From assembly GCA_963795855.1 (NCBI GenBank), contig CAWCIZ010000003.1:768001-832000 (forward strand): 64,000 nucleotides of DNA. Reading direction: 5' to 3'. Positions 52,477 through 61,863 of this stretch are shown in pieces. Position numbers and translations under genes: made by a program. The notes under the pieces are model-generated. The model saw only the letters and a program-made list of their open reading frames with translations. It ran no database searches and was not told the origin of the DNA. Position 1 is the first letter of the stretch. Each line of letters opens with the position of its first letter. The stretch is from Vulcanimicrobiota bacterium. GTDB lineage: Bacteria > Vulcanimicrobiota > Vulcanimicrobiia > Vulcanimicrobiales > Vulcanimicrobiaceae.

Positions 52477-53705
52477 TTGCGCGCGGAACGGTGCTCGGCG
52501 CTGCCGGTGGTCTCGTGTCGGCTCGGCTTCCGGGCGCGGTCGTGGGCGCAGGCGTACGACTTCGCACTTCAAGCGGCAGCGTTGCCGGCATCGTAACCGC
52601 GCTGCGAAGCGAACGAACGTTGATTGCCGCATACGATGCACTCGAAGGCCTTCGCGTCGGCGACGACGTGTATGCGCATCCCACGGCACTGATGATGCCG
52701 CTCGGTATGCCGATCCTCGGCCGCGCGATCGACGCCGCAGGCACGCCTTTGGACGGCGGTCCGCCGATACGCGGACGCGCGACGAGCGCTGCGCTCCATG
52801 CGCCCGAACCATCGCAACGCAAAGCAGTTCGCACGGCCTTCTGGACCGGGATCCGCACGGTCGATGCGCTGCTTACCGTCGGGCGCGGAGCGCGCATCGG
52901 CATCTTCGGACCGCCGGGTTGCGGTAAATCGACGCTGCTGCACTCGCTGATTCACGCTTCCGGAGCCGACGCCGTCGTCGTCGGTTTGGTCGGCGAGCGC
53001 GGACGCGAAGCGGAGGAGTGGGTGCGCGTGTGTCCGCCGCACGCATGCGTCGTCTGCGCCACCAGCGATCGCAGTCCTGCGCAGCGCATCCATGCGGCGC
53101 GCGTCGCGATGGCGCAAGCCCACGCGCTGCGCTCGCGGGGTTTACACGTCCTGCTCGTTCTCGATAGCCTTGCGCGGTATGCTGCCGCGCTGCGCGAAGT
53201 CGCATTGGCTTGCGGCGAAAGCGTCGGCCGAGCGGGCTATCCGGCAAGCGTCTTTGCCGAACTCGCGCGTTTCCTTGAAGTGGCGGGCGCGTGCAAGCGC
53301 GGTTCGATTACGCTGGTGGGAACCGTGCTCTCCGACGGTGACGAGCGCGATCCGGTCAGCGACGCCGCGCGCTCGCTGCTCGACGGGCACATCGCGCTTT
53401 CACCGAAGCTCGCGCATGCCGGACGCTTTCCCGCAATCGATCTGCTCGCGAGCGCCAGCCGGACGATGGGCGAGATTGCGGACCCGGTGCATCTCGAGCA
53501 CGCGAGCGCGGTTCGCCGCGCCGTGTCGGTGCTGGCGCAGAGCGAGGACGCGCGCAGCCTGGGCATCGCCCCGACCGACGCGTTCGCCGTCCGCGCCATC
53601 GCCGCGGAACCCTACATCGACCGGCTGCTCCGCCAAGGCAAGCTGCCGTCCTCGCCCGCACAGACGCTATCGGCGCTCGCCGCCGTTGCCGATATCTTGA
53701 GGTAA
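52473..53705 (+). CDS. fliI: Flagellar/T3SS export ATPase
   Basis: TGIRTVD, GPPGCGKST, GERGRE, DSLARYA, LLDGHI.LS, FPAID. Confidence 0.9.
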   Translation: MIARGTVLGAAGGLVSARLPGAVVGAGVRLRTSSGSVAGIVTALRSERTLIAAYDALEGLRVGDDVYAHPTALMMPLGMPILGRAIDAAGTPLDGGPPIRGRATSAALHAPEPSQRKAVRTAFWTGIRTVDALLTVGRGARIGIFGPPGCGKSTLLHSLIHASGADAVVVGLVGERGREAEEWVRVCPPHACVVCATSDRSPAQRIHAARVAMAQAHALRSRGLHVLLVLDSLARYAAALREVALACGESVGRAGYPASVFAELARFLEVAGACKRGSITLVGTVLSDGDERDPVSDAARSLLDGHIALSPKLAHAGRFPAIDLLASASRTMGEIADPVHLEHASAVRRAVSVLAQSEDARSLGIAPTDAFAVRAIAAEPYIDRLLRQGKLPSSPAQTLSALAAVADILR

Positions 53706-53708
53706 GCC

Positions 53709-54260
53709 ATGGACATCAGCACGGATATCGCCGCCGTTCGCCAGCGCATCGCCGAAATTACCGGACAAAGCCTCCTGCCCGCTCCGCCGGTTCAACCGTC
53801 CGGCTCTTTTGCTTCGATGGTGTCGGCTGCGATGAACCCGGAGTCCGTCGCAGGACCGGCTCCCGTTCCACCGCAGCGCATCGCACAGCTCGTGGGCGCA
53901 AATGCGAACGCCTGGGGCGTCGACCCCGCGCTTGTAAAGGCCATCATCGCAAACGAGTCGGGATTCGACGCAAACGCCACGTCGAAGACCGGCGCGCAGG
54001 GCCTGATGCAGCTCGAGCCGGGGACCGCCGCCGGCCTGGGGGTTGCAAACGCTTACGATCCGGCGGAAAATATTTCGGGCGGGACGCGTTACATGAGAGG
54101 CCTTCTGGATCGTTTCCATGGTGATCTGCGCCTGGCAATTGCCGCCTACAATGCGGGGCCGGCGGCAGTGGAGAAGTATGGCGGAGTTCCACCCTATGCC
54201 GAAACGCAGGCCTACGTCGACAACGTACTCGACAGTTATCAGCGGTACAAGACGCAGTAG
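53709..54260 (+). CDS. Lytic transglycosylase (SLT domain)
   Basis: [32 protein letters not shown]. Confidence 0.9.
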   Translation: MDISTDIAAVRQRIAEITGQSLLPAPPVQPSGSFASMVSAAMNPESVAGPAPVPPQRIAQLVGANANAWGVDPALVKAIIANESGFDANATSKTGAQGLMQLEPGTAAGLGVANAYDPAENISGGTRYMRGLLDRFHGDLRLAIAAYNAGPAAVEKYGGVPPYAETQAYVDNVLDSYQRYKTQ

Positions 54261-55813
54261 CATCATACTGCTGCTGGCTGCAGCTCTCGCACTTCCCGCA
54301 ATTACCGCGCGCGCCCAGGCGCAGTCACTTTCCACGGTGCTCGACGCGCGTAAAACCGCGCTCGCCGCGATGCACGTGCACCAGCCCAGGAGCCTCGAGG
54401 TCATCGGCATCGTTACCGGCGGCGGCTTGACGGGCGAATTTCATACTTGGCAAACCGCGGACGGCAAAGCGCGCTTCGAAGAAGATTACGGGGTGCGCAA
54501 AGAGACGACGCTGCGCATCGGACGCAAAGAATATGTCGTGAACGAAAGCGACGACGTGCGCCAGTCTGCATGGGCTACTGCTGCAGCGGCAGCTGACCGA
54601 CGATTTCGTGGACGACGACCGCTTCGTCACTCAGCCGCAATACGACTCGTACATCGGACAAAAGCGCCTTCCGGATGGGCGTTCGGTCTTCGAACTCGTC
54701 GTCGCGCCGCCCGGCGGCCAGCCGGAAACGGTCGATTTGGACGTGAAGACGCTGATGATCGATCGCGTCAGTTACGACGAAGAAGACGGAATCTCGACGC
54801 AGGATTATTACGGCTATAGGCACTTCGACGGCATCGTAATGGCCGAGCGCGAAACGGATTCGAACGGCGATCATGCCTACGACGTCACGCGGATTGCAAA
54901 CAAGGTCTACGTCGATCGGCCGATTGCGTCTTCGTTGTTCGAAGTTCCCCAAGGCGCGGTGGTGCAGAACGACAAGCCGATTACGGTCCCGCTCATCGAG
55001 CGCCAAGGCCATTATTACACGATCGTTCGCATCGGAACGCACGATTACACGTTCTTGGTCGATACGGGAGCGCAGTCTATCGTGCTCGATTCCCACGTCG
55101 CTTCGCAATTGGGTCTGGAGACCGAAGGGCATCTCGAGGTGTCCGGCGTGCAGCGAGTCGGCGGTATGGGCATAACGCCGCTCAAAAGTCTGCAAATCGG
55201 CGGCGCCACGCTGCCGGTGCACGTGGCGACCGTCATCGATCTGCACGGCGTCACCGGCACGTTCGACGCCGACGGCGTGCTCGGATATCCGTTTTTCGCG
55301 GCGGCGGAAGTGACGATCGATCCCGTGGCAAAGACGATGACGTTCGGGAAACCCGGCGCACTGCAGGTAAAAGGTGAGCCGATTGTGGTCGACGCCGACC
55401 GGCAACTCATCGAAGTGGACGGGAAAGTGAACGGCGCGCAAGGGCGTTTTGTGATCGACACCGGCAACAGCACCGAACTCTTGCTGTTCCAGCCGTTCCT
55501 GCACTCGCATCCGTACCTGGTGCAATTCGGCGACCGGCATTTTGCGAACGACTACGGCGTGGGCGGCGAGGTTCGCGCCGTATCCGCGATCATCGACGAA
55601 CTCGACGTCGGGAATTATCGTCTCTACAACAGAAACGTCAGCCTCATGCTGAGCGATCAAGGCGCGTTTGCCGACCGGTTCGACGCCGGCAACATCGGTA
55701 TGGGCGTGCTGCAAAACTTCATCGTGACGTTCGATCTCGCGAACGCGCAAATGTACCTCGAACGCGACGCTGCTTTCGACGACGGACGCTATCGCGCTCG
55801 CCTCGATCACTAA
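54196..55813 (+). CDS. Secreted twin-domain retropepsin-like aspartyl protease; frameshift ~54565; start uncertain
   Basis: Signal peptide [29 protein letters not shown] and [14 protein letters not shown] and GNIG flap motifs. Confidence 0.78.
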
Positions 55814-55873
55814 GACACCGCTCCGCAATAATTCCGAAGCAGCCTCATCACGCGGCGCTCCTAGCGTAAGTGC

Positions 55874-56426
55874 ATGACGATTACGGAGCAGTTGCAGTTC
55901 AGCGTTCTCACGGCGCCCGTCGCTACACTCGACAGACGCGTGCTCTCGCAGGCTTGGTATTCCGCGCTCTATCCCAGCGGCGCTTCACGGGCCGAAAAGT
56001 CGCCGCAACCTCCGAAAGCGCAAGAGCGTCCCGCACCTGCCCCGCGCGCTCGTGAACGAAAGTCACGCGCGCGTTTGGACGAGCGGTTCCTGCGCTCCGC
56101 ATTCGGCCGAGCCGGCAAAAGCATCGAACCGCTCGGGGTTTGCTCCGCTCGATCGGCGCGCGCCGCGATCGCCGCTCGCACGCAAGATCGAACGCACGCT
56201 GCTGCATCCGCGCGCGTCGTCGAGAAAAACATCGTTTACTATCCATGCATCGCACGGCCGGATTCATGTGTTGCTGCAGAACCGGCCGCGCGGTCTGAAA
56301 CTCATCGCCATTTGCCCGCCGAATGCGCGTTCGTACGTCGCGGCGGCGCTCGCTCAGGCGCGTTACGCGCTCGCGCTGCGAGGCATGGCGCTCGATGCGG
56401 ACGTGCGCGCGGAGATGCCATGCTGA
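55874..56426 (+). CDS. Short FliK/SctP-like length-control protein (tentative); frameshift ~56090-56130
   Basis: Pro/Ala/Arg-rich linker then GRIHVLL..LKLIAIC...AAALAQARYALALRGMAL resembling FliK C-domain; lies just before hook/rod gene. Confidence 0.5.
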
Positions 56427-57139
56427 TTTCGAACGCGGCGTCGCGGGCGCTGGATGAGATCGCCGTGCGGGAACGCGACGTGCTGCAGGCGTTCGCGCCG
56501 GGCGCAATACCGGAACGCGCAGACGTCTCCGCGCCGCCGTCGTCGCAACCGGTGCTCGATCCGTTGTCCGCCGCACCACCGGCAGATGCTTATTTCATCA
56601 CGACGGACGATCGCGGGCGCACGCTTTTCACGCGCGACGGTCAGTTCAGCATAGAGAACGGAACGCTCGTCGATCGCCAAGGCCATCCGGTGCTCGGTTA
56701 CGCGCACGATGGAGCGCCTCTGCAACCGCTGCAAGTCGATCCGGTCGACGCTTCGCTCGGCTTTTCGACTAACGCGGCGCTGCAGCCCGACGGAGCCCTC
56801 ACGTACGAGCGAAGCACGATCGATCCCCGAAACGGCCGAAGCGAACTGGTGCGAGCGATCGCGGGGCGGCTCGCGCTGGCACGGTTCGTGCCGGGAACCA
56901 AACTCGCGACGGTCGACGCGCAACATGCAGCCGCGCCAACCGGAATCGCCCCGCACATCGGACGCGCGGCCGACGGCAACTTCGGCGCAATTACGCCCTT
57001 CGCTGCGCAGCGCAGCGGCATTGACATCGACGCGGGTTTGGAGCGTTTGCAGGAAGCGTATCTTGCGCTCGATGCGATTCGCGCTGCCGGCAAAGCGCAA
57101 GGCGGAGTTCAGAAAACCGCGATGGATTTGCTGAAGTGA
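56420..57139 (+). CDS. FlgE/FlgF/FlgG-family rod/hook protein (degenerate)
   Basis: YFIT..GRTLFTRDGQFSI..GTLVDRQGHPVLG; C-terminal SGIDIDAGL..LQEAY helix. Confidence 0.75.
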   Translation: MLISNAASRALDEIAVRERDVLQAFAPGAIPERADVSAPPSSQPVLDPLSAAPPADAYFITTDDRGRTLFTRDGQFSIENGTLVDRQGHPVLGYAHDGAPLQPLQVDPVDASLGFSTNAALQPDGALTYERSTIDPRNGRSELVRAIAGRLALARFVPGTKLATVDAQHAAAPTGIAPHIGRAADGNFGAITPFAAQRSGIDIDAGLERLQEAYLALDAIRAAGKAQGGVQKTAMDLLK

Positions 57140-57894
57140 CGGTTCTCGGATTCGAACGCCAAAGCGAAACGATCGCGGGGCGGCGGATTCGGCGCGCGCG
57201 CTTCGAGCGACGGTCTACGCTTCCGGTGTCCGCGGCATGCCTGGTCGCAAACGGCGTGCGTGAAACGCTTGGCGCGCTGCTCGCGACGCCCGTTTCGTTA
57301 CGGCTGCTCGAGCCGGCAATCCCCGATCCGGCGGCGTGGCGCGCGATTTGCGACGGCGCGCAACTCTACACCGCGCGCGGATCCAATTGCGACGCGGCGT
57401 TCGTGCTGCGCCCGCGCGACGCGGTCGCGCTCGCCGGCACCGCTTTTGGCGAAGAGCCCAACGATTCGCGGCAGTTGTCCGCGGTCGAACAAGAGGTGCT
57501 CGTCCGCATGCTGCAAGGGCTCGCGACCTGCTTGGCTCCGGTTTGCGGCCGCGATCTTCAGCCGCTCGAACGCATTCTTGACATAAACGGATTCACGACC
57601 TATTTCGAGCTGCTGCTCGAACGGCCGGCGTCTGCGCGGATCGGCGTTGCGCTCTCGCGGGATCCGGTTTCGCGAGGCGCCGGAAACCTGCGCATCGAGG
57701 ACCTGCTGCAGGTCGAAATCGAGGTTTCCGTGCAATTCGCGTCGGGCGCCCTTCCGGCCGCCGCATTTCTGGACTTACGCCCCGGGACCGACGTGCCGAT
57801 GAAAACAAGGGTAGGGGAACCGGGCCTGCTCAAACTTGGCGGCGCCGTGCTTGCCCGCGGTGAATGCGGAGTCTCGGCGACCGAAGCGCACTGA
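57136..57894 (+). CDS. FliM-like C-ring protein with C-terminal SpoA domain (possible indel near end)
   Basis: RQLSAVEQEVL, FLDLRPG.DV, VLARGECG. Confidence 0.65.
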   Translation: MTVLGFERQSETIAGRRIRRARFERRSTLPVSAACLVANGVRETLGALLATPVSLRLLEPAIPDPAAWRAICDGAQLYTARGSNCDAAFVLRPRDAVALAGTAFGEEPNDSRQLSAVEQEVLVRMLQGLATCLAPVCGRDLQPLERILDINGFTTYFELLLERPASARIGVALSRDPVSRGAGNLRIEDLLQVEIEVSVQFASGALPAAAFLDLRPGTDVPMKTRVGEPGLLKLGGAVLARGECGVSATEAH

Positions 57895-57930
57895 TCGTGA
57901 CTGCGGTCCGGTAAAGGATACGATACGAGG

Positions 57931-58209
57931 ATGATGGCCGAACAAAAGAAACCGATGGTTGCGGATCAGCAAAACTTGGATTTGCTGATGAATGTGTCGC
58001 TCGAGGTGACGGCGGAGCTGGGCAAATGCAAATTGTCGGTGTCGGACATACTCAAACTCGGTACCGGCTCGATCGTTGAACTCGAGCGTCTTGCCGGCGG
58101 CCCCGTCGATCTGCTCGTGAACAGCAAACTCGTCGCGCGCGGCGAAGTGGTCGCCATCGACGAGAATTTCGGTGTCCGCGTCACGGAGCTGATCCAGAAG
58201 CCGACGTAG
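57931..58209 (+). CDS. fliN: C-ring protein FliN
   Basis: [37 protein letters not shown]. Confidence 0.92.
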   Translation: MMAEQKKPMVADQQNLDLLMNVSLEVTAELGKCKLSVSDILKLGTGSIVELERLAGGPVDLLVNSKLVARGEVVAIDENFGVRVTELIQKPT

Positions 58210-58251
58210 CGCCCTCACGTTCCGGCAACATCCGCGCGCTACCGTGGCGTA

Positions 58252-58908
58252 ATGGATGGACTGCTTGCCATTGCAAACCACGCTCGCGCCACGCTGCCGC
58301 TCGACACGCTCGCCGCGCTCACCATCTTATCGGTCGCACCGTTTTTGCTCGTCATGTGTACGTCGTTCGTGCGCATCGTCGTCGTGCTCTCGCTCGTGCG
58401 TTCCGCAATCGGCGCCGCGGCGCTGCCGCCCAATACCGTTTTAACCGGTCTCGCGCTCGTTCTCACACTCGTCATCATGTCGCCCACGCTCACGCGCATC
58501 TCGAATGAAGCGGTGCAGCCGTACTCCCAAGGCCGCATCACGCAATCGCAGTTCATCGACCGTGCCGCCGGGCCGCTGCGCGCGTTCATGCTGCGTCAAA
58601 CTCGCGCGGCGGATATCGACCTTTTCGAGCGCGTCGCGCACGGCACGCCGGGGCCGTACGGCAAAACGCCGATGCTCGTTTTGGTTCCTGCGTTCGTCGT
58701 GGGAGAACTGCGCGACGGATTCGCGATCGGATTCGCGCTCTATCTGCCTTTCGTCGCGATCGATCTGGCCGTTGCGTCGATCTTGATGGGCCTCGGGATG
58801 TTCATGCTCAGCCCGCCCGTCATATCGTTGCCGGCCAAACTGCTGCTGTTCGTGATGGTCGACGGTTGGGCGCTGGTCTGCGGAGGCGTCGCCGCGAGCT
58901 TTAGATAA
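58252..58908 (+). CDS. fliP: Export gate protein FliP/SctR
   Basis: MCTSFVRIVVVL, PPNTVL, PAFVVGEL, YLPFVAIDL, LGMFMLSP, KLLLFVMVDGW. Confidence 0.92.
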   Translation: MDGLLAIANHARATLPLDTLAALTILSVAPFLLVMCTSFVRIVVVLSLVRSAIGAAALPPNTVLTGLALVLTLVIMSPTLTRISNEAVQPYSQGRITQSQFIDRAAGPLRAFMLRQTRAADIDLFERVAHGTPGPYGKTPMLVLVPAFVVGELRDGFAIGFALYLPFVAIDLAVASILMGLGMFMLSPPVISLPAKLLLFVMVDGWALVCGGVAASFR

Positions 58909-58921
58909 GAGGTGCGCTGAC

Positions 58922-59815
58922 ATGCGCATAAGTCAGGCGCTCGCGACGCAGCGGCCGTTTTTTTCCTTCGAGTTCTTTCCGCCCAGGACCGACGAGGCGT
59001 GCGCGCATCTGCTGGAAACCGCGCGAACGCTGCGCGAATTGCGTCCGGCATTCGTTTCCATCACGTACGGTGCGGGCGGTTCCACCCGGGCGCGGACCGT
59101 CGAACTTTCCAAGCAGATACAAAGCGAGATCGGGCTCAACGTCATGGCGCACGTAACGTGCGTTGCCAGTTCCCGCTCGGACCTGCGATCGGTCTTGAAC
59201 GACCTCGAGGCGGCCGGCATCGAAAACGTTCTCGCGTTGCGTGGCGACCCGCCGCGCGAAGCGCCGGCTTCCAACACGGCGCCGGCCGCATTCGGCCACG
59301 CCGACGATCTCGTCGCGATGGTGGCGCGAAACTACCATTTCTGCATCGGCGGCGCCTGTTATCCGGAGAAGCATATCGAGGCGGTGAGTCTGGCAGACGA
59401 TCTGCAGTACCTCGTGCGTAAAGTGGATGCGGGAGCGGAATTCCTGATCACGCAGCTGTTCTTCGATAATGACAAGTATTTCGAGTTCGTCGATCGAGCG
59501 CGCCGAATGGGCATCTCTGTCCCGATTCTGCCCGGCATCATGCCGATCACGAACTACGAACAAATTCAGCGGTTCACGGCGATGTGCGGGGCGACGATTC
59601 CGCCAAAATTGCTCGCCGAATTGGAGATTCGTCGGGAAGAGCCCAAGGCGGTGGAAGAACTCGGCGTGGCTTTTGCTACACTCCAGTGCACCGATCTGCT
59701 GCGGCGCGGCGCTCCCGGCGTGCACTTTTACACCTTGAACAAATCGCCCGCAACGCGCGCAATCGTGAGCGCGCTCCTCGCAGCGACCGCGTGGAGGTCG
59801 TTCATCAACAGGTAA
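58922..59815 (+). CDS. metF: 5,10-methylenetetrahydrofolate reductase
   Basis: SFEFFPP, SITYGAGG, LALRGD, KVDAGAEFLITQLFFD, HFYTLN. Confidence 0.95.
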   Translation: MRISQALATQRPFFSFEFFPPRTDEACAHLLETARTLRELRPAFVSITYGAGGSTRARTVELSKQIQSEIGLNVMAHVTCVASSRSDLRSVLNDLEAAGIENVLALRGDPPREAPASNTAPAAFGHADDLVAMVARNYHFCIGGACYPEKHIEAVSLADDLQYLVRKVDAGAEFLITQLFFDNDKYFEFVDRARRMGISVPILPGIMPITNYEQIQRFTAMCGATIPPKLLAELEIRREEPKAVEELGVAFATLQCTDLLRRGAPGVHFYTLNKSPATRAIVSALLAATAWRSFINR

Positions 59816-59849
59816 CGTCGCGGCAACGCCGCTCCGGTAGAGTGCGGCC

Positions 59850-60116
59850 ATGGCGGCATTCGACGGGCTGTTGCGCGAAGCGCTGGTAATTGCGGCGCTG
59901 CTCTGCTTACCCGTGCTGTGCGTGGCGACGCTGGTTGGAACCGTCGTGGCCGTATTTCAGGCGGCTACGCAAGTGCAGGAGCAAACGCTCTCGCTGCTGC
60001 CAAAGCTCATCGCGGTCGGCGTTACCGTCGCCGTATTCGGCGGTTTTGCGATGCACGCGTGCGCGGCACTGTTCACGGACGTTCTCGCGCAAATCCCGGC
60101 GCTCGTCGGCGCGTGA
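59850..60116 (+). CDS. fliQ: Export gate protein FliQ/SctS
   Basis: FQAATQVQEQTLSLLPKL. Confidence 0.92.
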   Translation: MAAFDGLLREALVIAALLCLPVLCVATLVGTVVAVFQAATQVQEQTLSLLPKLIAVGVTVAVFGGFAMHACAALFTDVLAQIPALVGA

Positions 60117-60829
60117 ACGCAACCGCACTTCTGGTCTTCGCGCGTTGTGCGGGCTTTATTTTTCGCGCGCCGGGGTTTTCGCATCCCTCCGTTCCGCCGC
60201 CGGTGCGCGCGGCATTCGCGCTCGTGCTTGCACTTGCGGTCTTCCCCGCCGTACACGCCATCCGCTCGCCGGACGGCGCCGCGTTCGTTGCTGCCGTTGC
60301 AGCGGAGATTGGCATCGGCGCTGCAATCGGTTTTGCGGCGTCGGTGTTGTACGACGGCGCCTACGCAGGTGGGCGCGCGCTCGACGATTACGTCGGTATC
60401 CGCGGCAGCGTCCCGAACGCGCAACTCTACGCGGGCGCCGGTTTTGGGCGCGTCTGGTCGCTCGTCTTTACCGCGGGTTTTTTTCTGCTCGGCGGGTACC
60501 GCGTGCTGATCATCGCGTTTTGCCGAAGCTTCGAAAGCGTGCCGCCGGGCACTGCCATTTCGGCGCACGATTGGTATGCCTATGCGCTCGCGCTCCCGGC
60601 GAGCATCATCGAAGCGGCACTGCTCGTCGCCGGACCGGCGATCGCGATGGTGTTCGTGGCGCAGTTTACGCTCGGAGCGCTCACGCGCGTCATTCCCCGC
60701 TTCGCGAGCTTCACGCTGTCTTTTCCAATCGTTTTCGGCATGGCGCTGATTGCGACGATTCTGGCAGTCCCGCTGCTGTTCGCGCAAAGCGCGCTTCCGT
60801 GGCTCCGCGTTCCTTTTCTTGCGCGATAG
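60113..60829 (+). CDS. fliR: Export gate protein FliR/SctT
   Basis: FARCAG..FRAPGFS..VP..VR, EIGIG, LGALTRVIP..F.LSFP. Confidence 0.85.
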   Translation: MNATALLVFARCAGFIFRAPGFSHPSVPPPVRAAFALVLALAVFPAVHAIRSPDGAAFVAAVAAEIGIGAAIGFAASVLYDGAYAGGRALDDYVGIRGSVPNAQLYAGAGFGRVWSLVFTAGFFLLGGYRVLIIAFCRSFESVPPGTAISAHDWYAYALALPASIIEAALLVAGPAIAMVFVAQFTLGALTRVIPRFASFTLSFPIVFGMALIATILAVPLLFAQSALPWLRVPFLAR

Positions 60830-61826
60830 ATGGCCGGCGAAAAGCAATTCGAAGCGACGCACTCGCATCTCGAACGCGCCAAACGCGAGGGCGACGTCGC
60901 GCGCTCGCAGGAACTGGGCAACGTCGCCGCTTTCGCGGCCGCGTTGGGCTCGGTCGGCGTACTGATTGCGCCGCTTGCGTCGGCGGCGCGAGGCGCGCTG
61001 ATCGCAGCGAGTGCCGGGCGAGTCGACGCGGCGTCGTGCGCAACTGCGGCCGCGCTCATGCTCGTGCCGATTGCAGCAGCCGCGGCAGCCGCGCTCGGCG
61101 CGAACGTCGTGCAAAGCGGCGGTCTGCGCTTGGCTGCCGTTTCGTTCAAAACCGAACGCCTCTCGCCGGGCGAGAACCTCAAGCGCATGTTTTCTCGCGA
61201 AGTCTGCGGTTACGGCCGCGCGAGCGACGATCGCGTTCGTCTGTGCGGGAGCGGCGATCGTTCCGGCGTTTGCGGCAATTTACGCGTCCGCGCTGCACGC
61301 GGCCGGTTTGGGCGGAGCCGCAACGGCGGCGTGGAGCGGAGCGCTGCGCGCCGCAGCCGCCGCATGCGCGATAGGCGGCGTTTTTGCGTGCGCGGATTAT
61401 GGCGTGCAATTCGCGCGTTGGCGTAAGCGGCTGCGCATGTCGTTCGAAGAACTGCGGCGCGACAGCAAGGAGAACGACGGCGATCCGCTCGCGCGCAGCC
61501 GGCGGCGCGCGCTGCACCGCCAAATCGCGCGCGGTTCCCTGCAGCGCGTGAAAGATGCCGCGTTCGTGGTGACCAACCCGACGCACATCGCGATCGCTTT
61601 GGAGTACCGGCCGCCGCAAGTCCCGGTGCCGCGCGTGCTGGTGCGGGCCACAGACGACGCGGCTGCGCGCGTTCGCGATCTTGCATCGGCGTATGGCATT
61701 CCGCTCGTTGAAAACGTGGCTTTGGCGCGGCAGTTGTACGCGTCGGCGAAAGCGGGCGACTTCATTCCGCACGAAACCTACGTTGCAGTCGCGGAGATCG
61801 TCGCGGCGCTGAGCAAGACGCGGTAA
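60830..61826 (+). CDS. flhB: Export switch protein FlhB/SctU; frameshift ~61204
   Basis: EKQFEAT..AKREGDVARSQE, RMSFEELRRDSKENDGDP, NPTH autocleavage, PLVENVALAR. Confidence 0.88.
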
Positions 61827-61863
61827 CGTTGCGGCAATATCGCGGTGGGATGCTGAGGGCAAG

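Noticed and set aside
55874..57139. 421-aa ORF as a genuine fusion protein
   Set aside because: An indel joins the upstream gene's N-terminus to the rod/hook gene, which has its own ATG at 56420 with a GGAG SD.
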